Notes: generated from the letters alone by a model not told the origin. A stretch of 64,000 nt of DNA from Candidatus Aenigmatarchaeota archaeon (GCA_003554845.1 PWHK01000002.1:3538-67537), one strand, 5' to 3'; counted from the stretch's first letter, positions 35,200 through 44,684 are shown. Made by a program: numbers and translations.

Positions 35200-36891
35200 C
35201 TATTTTCCTGGTTTGGTTTCTCTGTTGAGTTCATCGATAAACTTGTCGGGATCAACACCGTACTCTACATCGTCCTTCCACATCCTCCGTACTGCCAAGG
35301 TTCCTTTTTGCTCCTCCTTGTCGCCTATAACAACTATGTACGGAACTCTTTCGATTTCGGCTTCCCTTACCTTTTCACTCAGGGTTGTGGAATCAAAGTT
35401 ACAGTCTGCCCTTATGCCTTCATCTCTGAGCCTTTCGAGAACCTCCTTTCCCTTGGATATGTTTCTGTCGGTTATACTCAGGACACGTACCTGAACCGGT
35501 GCCAGCCAAGTTGGAAGATTTCCGTTGGTATGTTCGAGAATTATTCCCAGAAACCTTTCAAGCGATCCGAGTATTGCCCGGTGTATCAGTATAGGTCTAT
35601 GTTCCTTGTTGTCCTTGCCTACGTATGTCAGATCGAACCTTTCGGGCATGGAGAAGTCCAGTTGTATTGTCCCACACTGCCATCTTCTACCAAGGGAGTC
35701 TTCTATATGGAAGTCTATCTTGGGTCCGTAGAAGGCACCGTCTCCTTCGTTTATATCGTAGTCGGAGCTGTTTTTATCGAGGACATCCTTTAAAATCTCC
35801 TCGGATTTGTCCCATATTTTTTCATCTCCTATTCTTTTTTCTGGCCTCGTCGATAGCTCTATCGAGTAGTCCAGATTGAAGGTACTATATATCTTATCCG
35901 TAAGATCCATGACTCCCTTTATCTCTTCCTTGAGTTGATCTTCCTTGCAGTAGATATGCGCATCATCCTGTGTAAAGCAGTTTACACGGAAGAGTCCCGA
36001 GAGCACACCAGATAGTTCTTCTCTGTAGACTGTTCCGAGTTCGCCGAAGCGCAGTGGTAGCTCCCTGTAGGACCGAGATCTGGACTTATATACTAGTATT
36101 CCACCAGGACAGTTCATTGGCTTTAGTGCCATGTCTCTTTCCTCATACTCTGTGGGAAACATATTGTCCCTGTATTTTTCCCAGTGTCCTGATATCTTCC
36201 AGAGCTTCTCATCAAGTACCATTGGTGTTGATATTTCTCTGTATCCTGCTTTCCTGTGCATCTCTCTCCAGAACCTCTTGAGTTCGTTCAAAACCCTCGT
36301 TCCGTTCTCGTGCCAGAAAACCATTCCGGGTGCTGTGTTGTAGAAGGAGAACAGATCCATCTTCTGACCGATTATCCTATGGTCGTTTTCCTTGAGGTCC
36401 TTTCTGTCGAGCTTTGTTTTTGAAATCTGACCAAGGAGCTTTTCGGGGTCTACCTTTTGCTCTACCTTTTCTCCTTCTGGTCTTATCTCCCTGCTGAGCT
36501 CCGAAAGAGGATGTCCCTTGACGTGTATTTCAAACTCCTTGTACCATCCGAAGGCCGATCTTGTAACCTCGTAGTCGTCTTTTAGTTTTTCTTCTAGCAT
36601 CTTTTGGCTTTCCATGGCCTTTTCAAGATCACCCGGCTTCGATGTGAGATGTACCCATGGATATATAACAATCCTGTTGGTCTTTACCTGATCCGCAACA
36701 TCCCTTATCTCCTTGTTGGCCTTTTCTATCACATAGGATATATCCTTCTCATCTCCGGCCTCGAATGCATTGAATACAACAAGACATTCCTCTATCCTCT
36801 TTGCCTCCTTGTCACACTCTTCGGCACTGTCCACGGCCTTCTTATGTGGCTGGAATTCCAGGTGGCTTGCGTGAAGTAGTAGTAACTTCAT
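35200..36891 (-). CDS. thrS: Threonyl-tRNA synthetase (archaeal type with N-terminal editing domain)
   Basis: 563 aa. Archaeal-specific N-terminus MKLLLLHASHLEF, class II motifs (FRNE.., HRAILGSLERF), anticodon-binding C-terminus. Confidence 0.9.
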   Translation of the reverse strand: MKLLLLHASHLEFQPHKKAVDSAEECDKEAKRIEECLVVFNAFEAGDEKDISYVIEKANKEIRDVADQVKTNRIVIYPWVHLTSKPGDLEKAMESQKMLEEKLKDDYEVTRSAFGWYKEFEIHVKGHPLSELSREIRPEGEKVEQKVDPEKLLGQISKTKLDRKDLKENDHRIIGQKMDLFSFYNTAPGMVFWHENGTRVLNELKRFWREMHRKAGYREISTPMVLDEKLWKISGHWEKYRDNMFPTEYEERDMALKPMNCPGGILVYKSRSRSYRELPLRFGELGTVYREELSGVLSGLFRVNCFTQDDAHIYCKEDQLKEEIKGVMDLTDKIYSTFNLDYSIELSTRPEKRIGDEKIWDKSEEILKDVLDKNSSDYDINEGDGAFYGPKIDFHIEDSLGRRWQCGTIQLDFSMPERFDLTYVGKDNKEHRPILIHRAILGSLERFLGIILEHTNGNLPTWLAPVQVRVLSITDRNISKGKEVLERLRDEGIRADCNFDSTTLSEKVREAEIERVPYIVVIGDKEEQKGTLAVRRMWKDDVEYGVDPDKFIDELNRETKPGK

Positions 36892-37047
36892 TTGATCAAC
36901 ACCTTATACTCAGGTCTGTTTAGATTTATAATTGTTTGGAATATGGACCCTGTTCTAGAAAGTTTCTCAATATGTAAAACGTCCACCGGACTTGTACCTC
37001 ATTTCAGACACACAGTTAAGATCTGTCGTCAGGATTTAAATATTTTA

Positions 37048-37485
37048 TTAATCGAGGTATACTGCTCTTTCCTTGAACTTCCGGGGTGCATCTTTGAGAA
37101 GCCTTATCTTTAGTTCGTGTGGTAGTATTGTATAGTCCTGGAGGTTATCTGCTTCTACAAACCTCACGTCCTCCAGTATACCTTTTTTGTTCTCCGTATC
37201 CTTAAGTGGTCTTGCTTCGCCGTCTCTGTACTCACACAGAAAAAAGAACTCCATATGGTGTTTTGTGCCGCCGAAAAAATCGTTGTAGTACACGGGTCTC
37301 TTAACCTTTACATCTACGTCTGTCCTTTTTTTGACAATCCTCTTTACGGATTCGTGTATACGTTCGCCTGCTTCTGCAGCTCCGCCGGGTGGAGTCCAGT
37401 AGGACATGTTGCCTTGTCTGTGTTTCAGGAGTAGAACTGAACCGCGCTTCGGTACTATTGCTGCGACCCTTGTCTTCAGTTCCAT
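37048..37485 (-). CDS. Nudix-fold protein with degenerate Nudix box
   Basis: 145 aa. Fold pattern VAAIVPKRGSVLLLKHR...WTPPGG. Box reads GAAEAGE-RIHESVK-RIVKKRTDV instead of GX5EX7REUXEEXGU. Confidence 0.65.
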   Translation of the reverse strand: MELKTRVAAIVPKRGSVLLLKHRQGNMSYWTPPGGAAEAGERIHESVKRIVKKRTDVDVKVKRPVYYNDFFGGTKHHMEFFFLCEYRDGEARPLKDTENKKGILEDVRFVEADNLQDYTILPHELKIRLLKDAPRKFKERAVYLD

Positions 37486-37549
37486 GGTTGAAACAAGACT
37501 TTCCCCAGTTAAATATTTTTAAGCTTGACTGTTCATTAGCTTACGGTGT

Positions 37550-37738
37550 AGCCCGGTAGTCTAGTGGTCAAATTTCCACATGAAAGGCTAAGGATGTCGG
37601 GCTTTGGACATCTGTTCAAAGCATTGAGCTATTGGCGATGAAAGATACCCGGCGACCCAGGTTCGAAGCAAGCCCTTTCCCTTCGGGAAACCCCTTGCGT
37701 TCCCTCCCGAGGATGCGAAAATCCTGGCCGGGCTACCA
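37550..37738 (+). tRNA. tRNA-Gln(UUG) apparently interrupted by three introns (D-loop, anticodon loop 37/38, T-loop 59/60); CCA encoded
   Basis: Exons: agcccgg-ta-gtct-agtggtcaa[19 nt]a-ggat-g-tcggg-cTTTGg[39 nt]a-cccgg-cgac-ccagg-ttcgaa[54 nt]t-cctgg-ccgggct-a-cca. A1:U72 and CUUUGGR loop match archaeal tRNA-Gln. T-arm halves ccagg/cctgg pair only across the 54-nt insertion. TATA about 35 nt upstream. Confidence 0.6.
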
Positions 37739-38464
37739 TTATTCACCTTTCTCTGGAAAGAAAGAACCGCAGACAGGTATTTCAGAAACAAAACAGACTG
37801 TGTTTTTCTGGAATCCGAACTTCATTGGATGTACTTCCAGTCCTTCATCCACTGCTTTCCTGAAGACCTCTGCGAACTCAGGATCAGTGTCTTCCTTGGG
37901 TGCGAAGCATTGTGCATCGGATCGGAATACCAGAACCAACAAAGCGGCTCTGTCACCGTTTTCCATGGCCTTCCTTAACTCTTCCACATGCCTCTTTCCT
38001 CTCTCAGTAGGAGCGTCCGGGAACAGTGCCACGCCGTCCTCCGCCAGCGTGCAACCCTTGACCTCCAACCATAGTTTCTCTTCGTTCATCTCCAGGAGGA
38101 AGTCTATCCTACTGTCACCTAATTGTACCTCTGGTGTTATGCCTTCAATCTCGGAATAAGGACTTATCCCATCGTCCTCAAGAATTCTTTCAGCTATCTC
38201 CCTATGATATCCTGAATTGACAAAAACCCAGTTCTCCTTGACTTTCCCGGCGATAAGGTCCCAGTTCGTCTTCCTGTTCTTGTTTTTGGCCTTCTTCACC
38301 AGAACTTTGTTCCCCTCGTAAAGTATTTCCTCTAAACGTCCAGGGTCACGTACATGGACTTCCTCCTTACCATATCCTTCTATTTCCACAGTTCCCAGAA
38401 AACGGTTCTTCCTCTCCACGAATCTACCTTCGGCATCCACCATTACCCCAAGAATCTTATTCAT
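37739..38464 (-). CDS. sfsA: SfsA (sugar fermentation stimulation protein homolog; nuclease-fold DNA-binding protein)
   Basis: 241 aa. N-terminal RFLGTVEIEG...VHV pattern and C-terminal PD-(D/E)xK-like region typical of SfsA. Confidence 0.7.
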   Translation of the reverse strand: MNKILGVMVDAEGRFVERKNRFLGTVEIEGYGKEEVHVRDPGRLEEILYEGNKVLVKKAKNKNRKTNWDLIAGKVKENWVFVNSGYHREIAERILEDDGISPYSEIEGITPEVQLGDSRIDFLLEMNEEKLWLEVKGCTLAEDGVALFPDAPTERGKRHVEELRKAMENGDRAALLVLVFRSDAQCFAPKEDTDPEFAEVFRKAVDEGLEVHPMKFGFQKNTVCFVSEIPVCGSFFPEKGE

Positions 38465-38699
38465 TCCTAACCAACCTCTCCTTCCTGGTCTTTTTCCAGC
38501 TTTTGATCTCAGCCTCCCGCTTCAGTGCCGAACTCCTGTCCTTGTGTTCCTCCGTATAGACCAACTCACAGGGCAGCCTACTCCTTACATACTTACTTCC
38601 GTCACCGCTGCGGTGTTCCTCCAGACGACGCTCCAGATCCTTCGTGATTCCTGTGTACAAGGAGCCGTCTTCCATCCGCAGAACGTAAACCTTCCACAT
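38457..38699 (-). CDS. Stand-alone GIY-YIG nuclease domain protein
   Basis: 80 aa. VYVLRMEDGSLYTGITKDLERRLEEHRSG...KYV is the classical GIY-YIG core with Arg and Glu. Confidence 0.85.
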   Translation of the reverse strand: MWKVYVLRMEDGSLYTGITKDLERRLEEHRSGDGSKYVRSRLPCELVYTEEHKDRSSALKREAEIKSWKKTRKERLVRNE

Positions 38700-38760
38700 A
38701 GAGATAGAACCGTTCTCAGGATTAAATAATGTTTTATAAATAATTCTGACTCACTCTATT

Positions 38761-39174
38761 GTGATGTCAACTGCATTTATGTTTGCGCTTTTAGCACTTT
38801 TTGGTTGGGGATTCTGGGCCTTTTTTGCAGAGCTTGCGACCAGGTACATGCGACCTGAACTTGCAATGGTTATATCTTATTTCTCGGGTGCAGCAATGAT
38901 ATCTGTATACCTACTGACCAGAAAAACAGAGTTGACATTTTCAGCGAAAGGTGTTGGTTATGCAGTTCTCGGGGGTCTGGTTTCCGGTGTAGGTGCCGTT
39001 GCTTTTTACATAGGCCTCAGCCAGGGAAGTACTTCCGTAGTCACGACTGTAAGTGCACTGTACTTCACCATTGCAGCTGTCCTAGGCATAGTATTTCTCG
39101 GTGACTCGGTCAATATGGTCAACGTAATAGGAATAATATTCGCAGTCCTTGCGGTAGTTTTGCTAGCTCAATAA
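38761..39174 (+). CDS. Small EamA/SMR-like (DMT superfamily) 4-TM transporter
   Basis: 137 aa, four TM helices, Gly-rich helices typical of DMT half-transporters. Confidence 0.5.
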   Translation: MMSTAFMFALLALFGWGFWAFFAELATRYMRPELAMVISYFSGAAMISVYLLTRKTELTFSAKGVGYAVLGGLVSGVGAVAFYIGLSQGSTSVVTTVSALYFTIAAVLGIVFLGDSVNMVNVIGIIFAVLAVVLLAQ

Positions 39175-39238
39175 CCCGTTACTGGCTTGTGGTGACTAGT
39201 CGTTAAGGCTTATGTAATTGTTTTCATCTTTCATAATA

Positions 39239-40600
39239 TCAAAGTTTTTTTCTATATCCCATCGATGACCTACCCTTCGATTCAAAGTCATACCGATTTA
39301 TCTCTGCTCCTAAATCTTCTTCGTATAGTGACTTTTCTCTGGGGTTACCTTCTTCTTTAAGTTTAAAGGGATCTTCGTTTCGTACAAACTCATAACTGTC
39401 GTCTTCCTTGATATTTTCTAAGAACTGTTCAGGTGCAGTGTTTCTTGATACTCCGATTGCTGGGTAAAAAATTTCAGATACGCCTTTGCTTTCTGCATAG
39501 TCTTCTATAGATTTTTTTATTGTTTCCGAAACATCCTTACGGTTGAGTGGTAGATTTTTGGATTCAACAGAGTCCACCAGGAGAATATTCTTCTTATCTT
39601 CCTCTTCGGTTTTACCATACCGATCTCCGTATCCCATTATAGCCCACGCCTCTCTATCTTTTCCTACATTAAACTTCATGAGATCTATGTCGTCCCTTGC
39701 CATATATTTGAAGATGCCAGCGGACTGATTTACAGTCCTGTCATTTCTCCCGGTTAGAAATGCACAACACTGTGTATCCCTATAGGTTGGCATATCATCG
39801 AGGTTTTTTGACCATATCTCTGTCTTAAGGACATTTCCTATGCTGTTGTATCCATCGGTATCGAGTTTCTGAATCTTATCTTCAACTTCTTTTAATGTAT
39901 CGCCACCCACATAAGATTTTATATCGTCAAGGCACCTTTCCATTTCTTCGTAGGATTCATCCGAGGAATCTATTTCATATTTTTCAACTGCTGAAACCAC
40001 TTCTCTTCTTTCAAAATCCTTAATCTCCTTTTTTATCTCTTCTTTCCTTTTCCCCACATCCTTACCTTCTTCAACCCTTCCTTTTTTGAATAGTTCTCCG
40101 GCCTTCATATCAAGGTTTTCTATTCTACCCTTCATTTCAAGGTAGTCTATAGGGTTCTTGCTGTTGATTACCTTTTCTAGATCTTCCATATCATCCGGCA
40201 GCTCTATGCGTCTTTTACCTTGTACTATTTTTCCCAGGAGTTCATGTGCATTTCTGTAAGCTTTTTTCCTGGCCCTTTCTATGTAATCTTCGTCTTCGAC
40301 TCTTTCCCCTTTGCTTATCATATATTCGTTGCAGTATCTTGATTCCCTGTCAAAATACTCTTCAACAAATTCGTCGATTGGCATCCCAACTGTATCTTTG
40401 AAGCCACCGCCTTCGTTTTTTTCTTCAAGGGCCTTGAGATCATCTATGAGGAGTTCCGATTTGTCGTTATCGATAAGTTTATTGCTTGTTTCCTTGTCTA
40501 TTCCGAAATAATTGGATACTACATCTTCCAACGACTCTTCCTCTGCGTTCTCATAGTCTTCTTCAAATAGTGATATTGTGTAGTTTTCATCCCTTGACAT
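39239..40600 (-). CDS. Large acidic hypothetical protein
   Basis: 453 aa, Glu/Asp-rich. Contains QCCAFLTGRNDRT and AWAIMGYGDRYGK segments. No recognised motif. Confidence 0.5.
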   Translation of the reverse strand: MSRDENYTISLFEEDYENAEEESLEDVVSNYFGIDKETSNKLIDNDKSELLIDDLKALEEKNEGGGFKDTVGMPIDEFVEEYFDRESRYCNEYMISKGERVEDEDYIERARKKAYRNAHELLGKIVQGKRRIELPDDMEDLEKVINSKNPIDYLEMKGRIENLDMKAGELFKKGRVEEGKDVGKRKEEIKKEIKDFERREVVSAVEKYEIDSSDESYEEMERCLDDIKSYVGGDTLKEVEDKIQKLDTDGYNSIGNVLKTEIWSKNLDDMPTYRDTQCCAFLTGRNDRTVNQSAGIFKYMARDDIDLMKFNVGKDREAWAIMGYGDRYGKTEEEDKKNILLVDSVESKNLPLNRKDVSETIKKSIEDYAESKGVSEIFYPAIGVSRNTAPEQFLENIKEDDSYEFVRNEDPFKLKEEGNPREKSLYEEDLGAEINRYDFESKGRSSMGYRKKL

Positions 40601-40725
40601 TATGTTGTCACCATATAATAGTTACATTTAATACTATTTAAAGCTTACCCCGACACAAGGTATCGTTTATCTTTTTGGATCCAGGTGTATCCGTAAAGTT
40701 AAAAAAATACATGGCAGTTAATTAA

Positions 40726-41349
40726 TTGATGACAGAGATCGATGAAATCGCAGATGATATCTGGACCAGGGCAGAGGAACAGATTGAGGCATTGTATCTG
40801 GCAGGAAGCAGGGCTGTGGGTGCAGAAACGAAAGGTTCGGACTACGACTTCTTCGGAGTTGTAAATGAAGACTACAGATTTGAGAAGGAAAAAAAGTTGA
40901 ACCAGGGACTTACCGAGAAGTATGACGAAGAGATCAGACTACGCGGACTGAGCCTAGGGGAATTGAACGGCGGTAAGCAGAAAAGTATTATAACAAAATA
41001 CAATCCTATTTCCGTGATTCTCAAATCTTTCCCTAACTGGAAGCATCTCAGGGGCAAGGAATACAGTCTTGAGGACTTCAAGGTTGAGCCTGTGACTGCA
41101 GAAGAAGAAGCGAGGTTTTATCTAGATGTCCTCGAAAATAACCGTAGCAAGGCAGAGAAAGACGAGCTACCAATGCCCTTTGAAGACTACGTAAAAAATG
41201 TACTTCGTCTGATCGGAGCTGAAGAACAGTTGGAAGGCGAGAATTTTACACAGGACTTCGAAAAGATGGCCGAAAGGGCTCCTGATCATGCAAAAGAACT
41301 TGCAGAGATCTGCCTGGTGTTCAGGAAAACAGGAAGTATAGAAGAATAG
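40726..41349 (+). CDS. Nucleotidyltransferase-domain protein (Pol-beta superfamily, KNTase/MNT-like)
   Basis: 207 aa. LAGSRAVGAETKGSDYDFFGVV (GS...[DE]x[DE]) followed by a helical domain. Confidence 0.6.
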   Translation: MMTEIDEIADDIWTRAEEQIEALYLAGSRAVGAETKGSDYDFFGVVNEDYRFEKEKKLNQGLTEKYDEEIRLRGLSLGELNGGKQKSIITKYNPISVILKSFPNWKHLRGKEYSLEDFKVEPVTAEEEARFYLDVLENNRSKAEKDELPMPFEDYVKNVLRLIGAEEQLEGENFTQDFEKMAERAPDHAKELAEICLVFRKTGSIEE

Positions 41350-41459
41350 AAGTTTTTCTATGAACTAGACAGATATTTACCATACCTTAAAAACGAATAT
41401 CTTTCAGGTACTTGATTTCCGGGCTTAGATTTATAATACACAGAAGACAATCTTGCCTT

Positions 41460-41840
41460 ATGGAAGACAAGGATCCAAGAAAGATGAAGGGTTTTGAAAA
41501 GTTCTTTCAGAAGAAAAAGGCAATAGCAGGCATTGTCTTGCTTCTTGCCGCAACCTTCGGTGTACTTATCTCTATTACAGAGATTCCAACAGATGCCACA
41601 GGTTATTTTCTGGCAGAAGAGACCACAGAAGAAGCTCTTTTAGAAGATCTTGAGATGACCCTGACAGAGTACGAAGAAATATACGAAGAAGATGAGGCCT
41701 TGGAGCGTGCTGTAGAAGACTGGGCCGAGAGGAAGACAGAGGAGGGATACACAGAAGAAGAACTTAAAACTGTTCTCGTGTCCTTGGAAGAAGATCCCGA
41801 TCTTTTGGATTCTGTATCGGAACAGTCTTGTTGTTCTTAG
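41460..41840 (+). CDS. Membrane-anchored acidic protein, unknown
   Basis: Start MEDKDPRK (track ORF starts at 41412). One TM helix, then a Glu-rich tail. Confidence 0.4.
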   Translation: MEDKDPRKMKGFEKFFQKKKAIAGIVLLLAATFGVLISITEIPTDATGYFLAEETTEEALLEDLEMTLTEYEEIYEEDEALERAVEDWAERKTEEGYTEEELKTVLVSLEEDPDLLDSVSEQSCCS

Positions 41841-41893
41841 AGACCATGTGCTGTCAATTTAACTTTATAAAACTCCGGTGAATAGATAACCCT

Positions 41894-42121
41894 ATGGAAT
41901 TCGGAGAGCTTATAGGATGGCTAAAGGGCGATAACAAAAGAGATATGCTCGAGAACCTTTCGTACTGTTTTATAGTTGTTGCTGCATTGATGACCGTGGT
42001 TGGTCTGGGAATAGGCACTGTTTATCCTGGATGGTCTGTTCTTGTAGCCATCGGTGGTTCGTTTTTTGCTCTAACAGGAATAGTTTTATATATCTTGTCC
42101 GAACTTATAAGAATCCTGTGA
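41894..42121 (+). CDS. Small two-TM membrane protein
   Basis: 75 aa with two hydrophobic helices. Confidence 0.35.
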   Translation: MEFGELIGWLKGDNKRDMLENLSYCFIVVAALMTVVGLGIGTVYPGWSVLVAIGGSFFALTGIVLYILSELIRIL

Positions 42122-42136
42122 GGATAGAGTGATATT

Positions 42137-42589
42137 ATGGCACGAATGTATTCCAGAAAGCACGGCAAGTCAGGTTCAAAGAAGCCGCATAGAGATGAAC
42201 CTCCCGAATGGGTTAACATGAGTCCCGATGAAATAGAGAAGAAGGTAGTTGAGCTTGGTAAGGATGGAATGAAGCCCTCGGAGATTGGAGAGGTTCTCAG
42301 AGACAAGTACGGAGTTCCTTCTGTTAAATATTTTGATCTCAAGATAACAGAAATCCTCGAGGAGAACGACCTGGGAAGCGATATACCAGAGGACCTCAAA
42401 AGCCTCGTAAAGAAATCGGATAAGATAAGAAGCCACCTCAGTGATAGAAAAAGGGACTCTTCTGCTATCCATGGACTGGAACAGACAGAGTCTAAGATAA
42501 GAAGGCTAAGCAAGTACTACAAGAGAAAGGATAGGATTCCACAGGATTGGAAACACGAGACTAAGAAGGAGTTTCACAAGAGAAGGTAG
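42137..42589 (+). CDS. rps15: Ribosomal protein uS15 (S15P/S13e)
   Basis: 150 aa. MARMYSRKHGKSGSKKP...PPEWV matches the archaeal/eukaryotic S13e N-terminus. Confidence 0.9.
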   Translation: MARMYSRKHGKSGSKKPHRDEPPEWVNMSPDEIEKKVVELGKDGMKPSEIGEVLRDKYGVPSVKYFDLKITEILEENDLGSDIPEDLKSLVKKSDKIRSHLSDRKRDSSAIHGLEQTESKIRRLSKYYKRKDRIPQDWKHETKKEFHKRR

Positions 42590-42647
42590 TTTTTTTCCTT
42601 TAGGGTTTTATTTATAGATCTAGTTTTAAACATTCGGAGTGTTGAAA

Positions 42648-44015
42648 ATGAATATTCCAGAAGAGCTTGACGTTTTGCTTGGAGAAGCTGCTGAGAAGTT
42701 CAGAGATATGGAAAAGATCAGGATAGTATCACACTACGATGCCGATGGTTTGTCTTCGGCTGCTATAGTCCTTGCTGCATCTCTCCGGGAAGGAAAAACA
42801 GTACATCTTTCCATAGTAAAGCAGTTGAGGCCGGAGGTTGCAGAAAGACTCAAGAAGGAGAACAATGAAAATATTGTTTTCACAGACCTCGGATCCGGGC
42901 ATCTTTCTCTTGTCAATGAGATAGGAGCAGACAATACGTTGGTTCTTGATCACCACCATCTTTCGGGTAAACTTAACAGCGGGGTTCATGTAAATCCCCA
43001 TCTTGTTGGGATGGAGGAAGATACATTATCCGGTGCCGGAGTAACGTATCTTTTTGCAAGAAAGCTCGATGACAAAAACAAGGATCTATCGGCTCTGGCT
43101 GTTGTCGGCGCTATAGGAGACATACAAGAAGAAAACTGGAGAATGAACGGATTAAACAAAGAGATAGTCAAGGAGGCAGAGGATATAGGTACACTCAGTA
43201 GAGGTGAAGGCCTGCGTCTTTTTGGAAGGCTTTCACGACCTATACATAAATCCCTCCAGTATACAACCAGGCCATATATACCCGATGTATCGGAAAGTGA
43301 GTCGGGCGCAGTTCAGCTTATATCGAACCTCGATATAGATCTCAAAAACGGAGATGGGTCGTGGAAGAAGCTTGTTGATTTAGATAAAGAGGAGAAGAAG
43401 GAACTGGCCTCTGCGATAATAAAGAAAAGGGTTACAAACGGCATAGAAGATGCCGGTGAAATATTTGGCAACACGTATACACTTTCTTGTTTTGATGGTA
43501 GACTACAGGACGCCAGGGAACTTTCGACCTCCCTGAATGCATGTGGCAGGATGTCACAGGCAGATGTGGGAATACTTTCCTGTTTAGGTGATAAAGATGC
43601 CTTGGGTGAAATGAAGTCGGTTGTCAGAGGCTACAAGCGGACACTTGGTAAGCTTATACGTATGGTAAGAAACAACGACGATATGATCGAGGATATGGAC
43701 GGTTTTAATCTTCTGGACGGAGTGGGAAAGATACCTGAGAACTTCATCGGTACCATATGTTCAATACTCCAGTCTGATATCTCCAAGGACAAGGTTCTGA
43801 TGGGAATTGCAGAGTCCGTCAACGGAAGAGTAAAGATATCCATGAGGGTTCCCGATGACCTTGATGTAAATGTAGGCGAGATCGTTGGTGACATAGAAGA
43901 GACCATGGACATAGAAGGAGGGGGTCACGAAAAGGCAGGTGGTGCCTACGTTTTGTCGGAGGAAAAAGACGATTTCATCGGCATGGTGAGCGATAAAATA
44001 GATGACAGAACCTGA
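42648..44015 (+). CDS. DHH/DHHA1 phosphoesterase, RecJ/Cdc45-like (GAN-type)
   Basis: DHH motifs HYDADGLSSAAI, LVLDHHH. DHHA1 GGGHEKAGGA. About 455 aa. Confidence 0.75.
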   Translation: MNIPEELDVLLGEAAEKFRDMEKIRIVSHYDADGLSSAAIVLAASLREGKTVHLSIVKQLRPEVAERLKKENNENIVFTDLGSGHLSLVNEIGADNTLVLDHHHLSGKLNSGVHVNPHLVGMEEDTLSGAGVTYLFARKLDDKNKDLSALAVVGAIGDIQEENWRMNGLNKEIVKEAEDIGTLSRGEGLRLFGRLSRPIHKSLQYTTRPYIPDVSESESGAVQLISNLDIDLKNGDGSWKKLVDLDKEEKKELASAIIKKRVTNGIEDAGEIFGNTYTLSCFDGRLQDARELSTSLNACGRMSQADVGILSCLGDKDALGEMKSVVRGYKRTLGKLIRMVRNNDDMIEDMDGFNLLDGVGKIPENFIGTICSILQSDISKDKVLMGIAESVNGRVKISMRVPDDLDVNVGEIVGDIEETMDIEGGGHEKAGGAYVLSEEKDDFIGMVSDKIDDRT

Positions 44016-44060
44016 GAAATCTTTTTAAATGTTAACCTCAAAGTATGAGAGGAAACTAAT

Positions 44061-44621
44061 ATGGCAAAGGATGGTCAACTTAAGGGAAAGGAGTGGTATA
44101 CAGTCGAGGCTCCTGAAATGTTCGGAGGCAAGGAAGTCGGTGAGATACCTGCATCTACAAAGGATGCCGTTAGAGGAAGAACTATTGAGCTCGGTGCCAC
44201 GGATCTGCACAGCAGCTCCAGAAAGTACTACTTTAAAGTAAAGATGAAGGTCGATGAAGTCGATGGTAAGACATGTAAGTTGAAGTTCGTGGGACACGAC
44301 TGTTCCCGTGACTACATAACAAGGATTGTCAGGAAGAGGAGCAAAAGGGTCGATGAAATCACACGCGTCAAAACAAAGGACGGTGCTGTGGTCAGAGTAA
44401 AGACCATATGTGCAACCATAAAGCCTGTTGGTGCTTCTACTCAGACTTCTATACGTAAGAAGATAGATGAGGTAATGAAGAAGGAGGCATCGGAGAAGGA
44501 TCTTGGAAAGTTCGTTAAGGATATGTTTATGAATAAGGTACAGAGCAGGGTCAAGAAGGAAGTAGACAAGATATATCCTCTCAGGGAAATTGAGATAAGG
44601 AAGACTGAGGTAGTAGAGTAG
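44061..44621 (+). CDS. rps3ae: Ribosomal protein eS1 (S3Ae)
   Basis: 186 aa. KEWYTVEAPEMFG and overall eS1 pattern. Confidence 0.9.
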   Translation: MAKDGQLKGKEWYTVEAPEMFGGKEVGEIPASTKDAVRGRTIELGATDLHSSSRKYYFKVKMKVDEVDGKTCKLKFVGHDCSRDYITRIVRKRSKRVDEITRVKTKDGAVVRVKTICATIKPVGASTQTSIRKKIDEVMKKEASEKDLGKFVKDMFMNKVQSRVKKEVDKIYPLREIEIRKTEVVE

Positions 44622-44684
44622 AGCTGTGTTTCTCGGGGCAGTTTTTTAAACTAAAAACCCACTTCTTATTTGTGAGGTGATTGA

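Noticed and set aside
35194-35793. 199-aa plus-strand ORF
   Set aside because: Antisense to the well-supported thrS gene. The translation is low-complexity with no motifs.
37550-37738. Alternative reading of the tRNA-Gln locus as split tRNA halves or as a non-tRNA small RNA
   Set aside because: The 5' and 3' ends form a continuous 7-bp acceptor helix with encoded CCA in one locus, and the exon pieces are colinear. A permuted or split tRNA is not needed to explain it.
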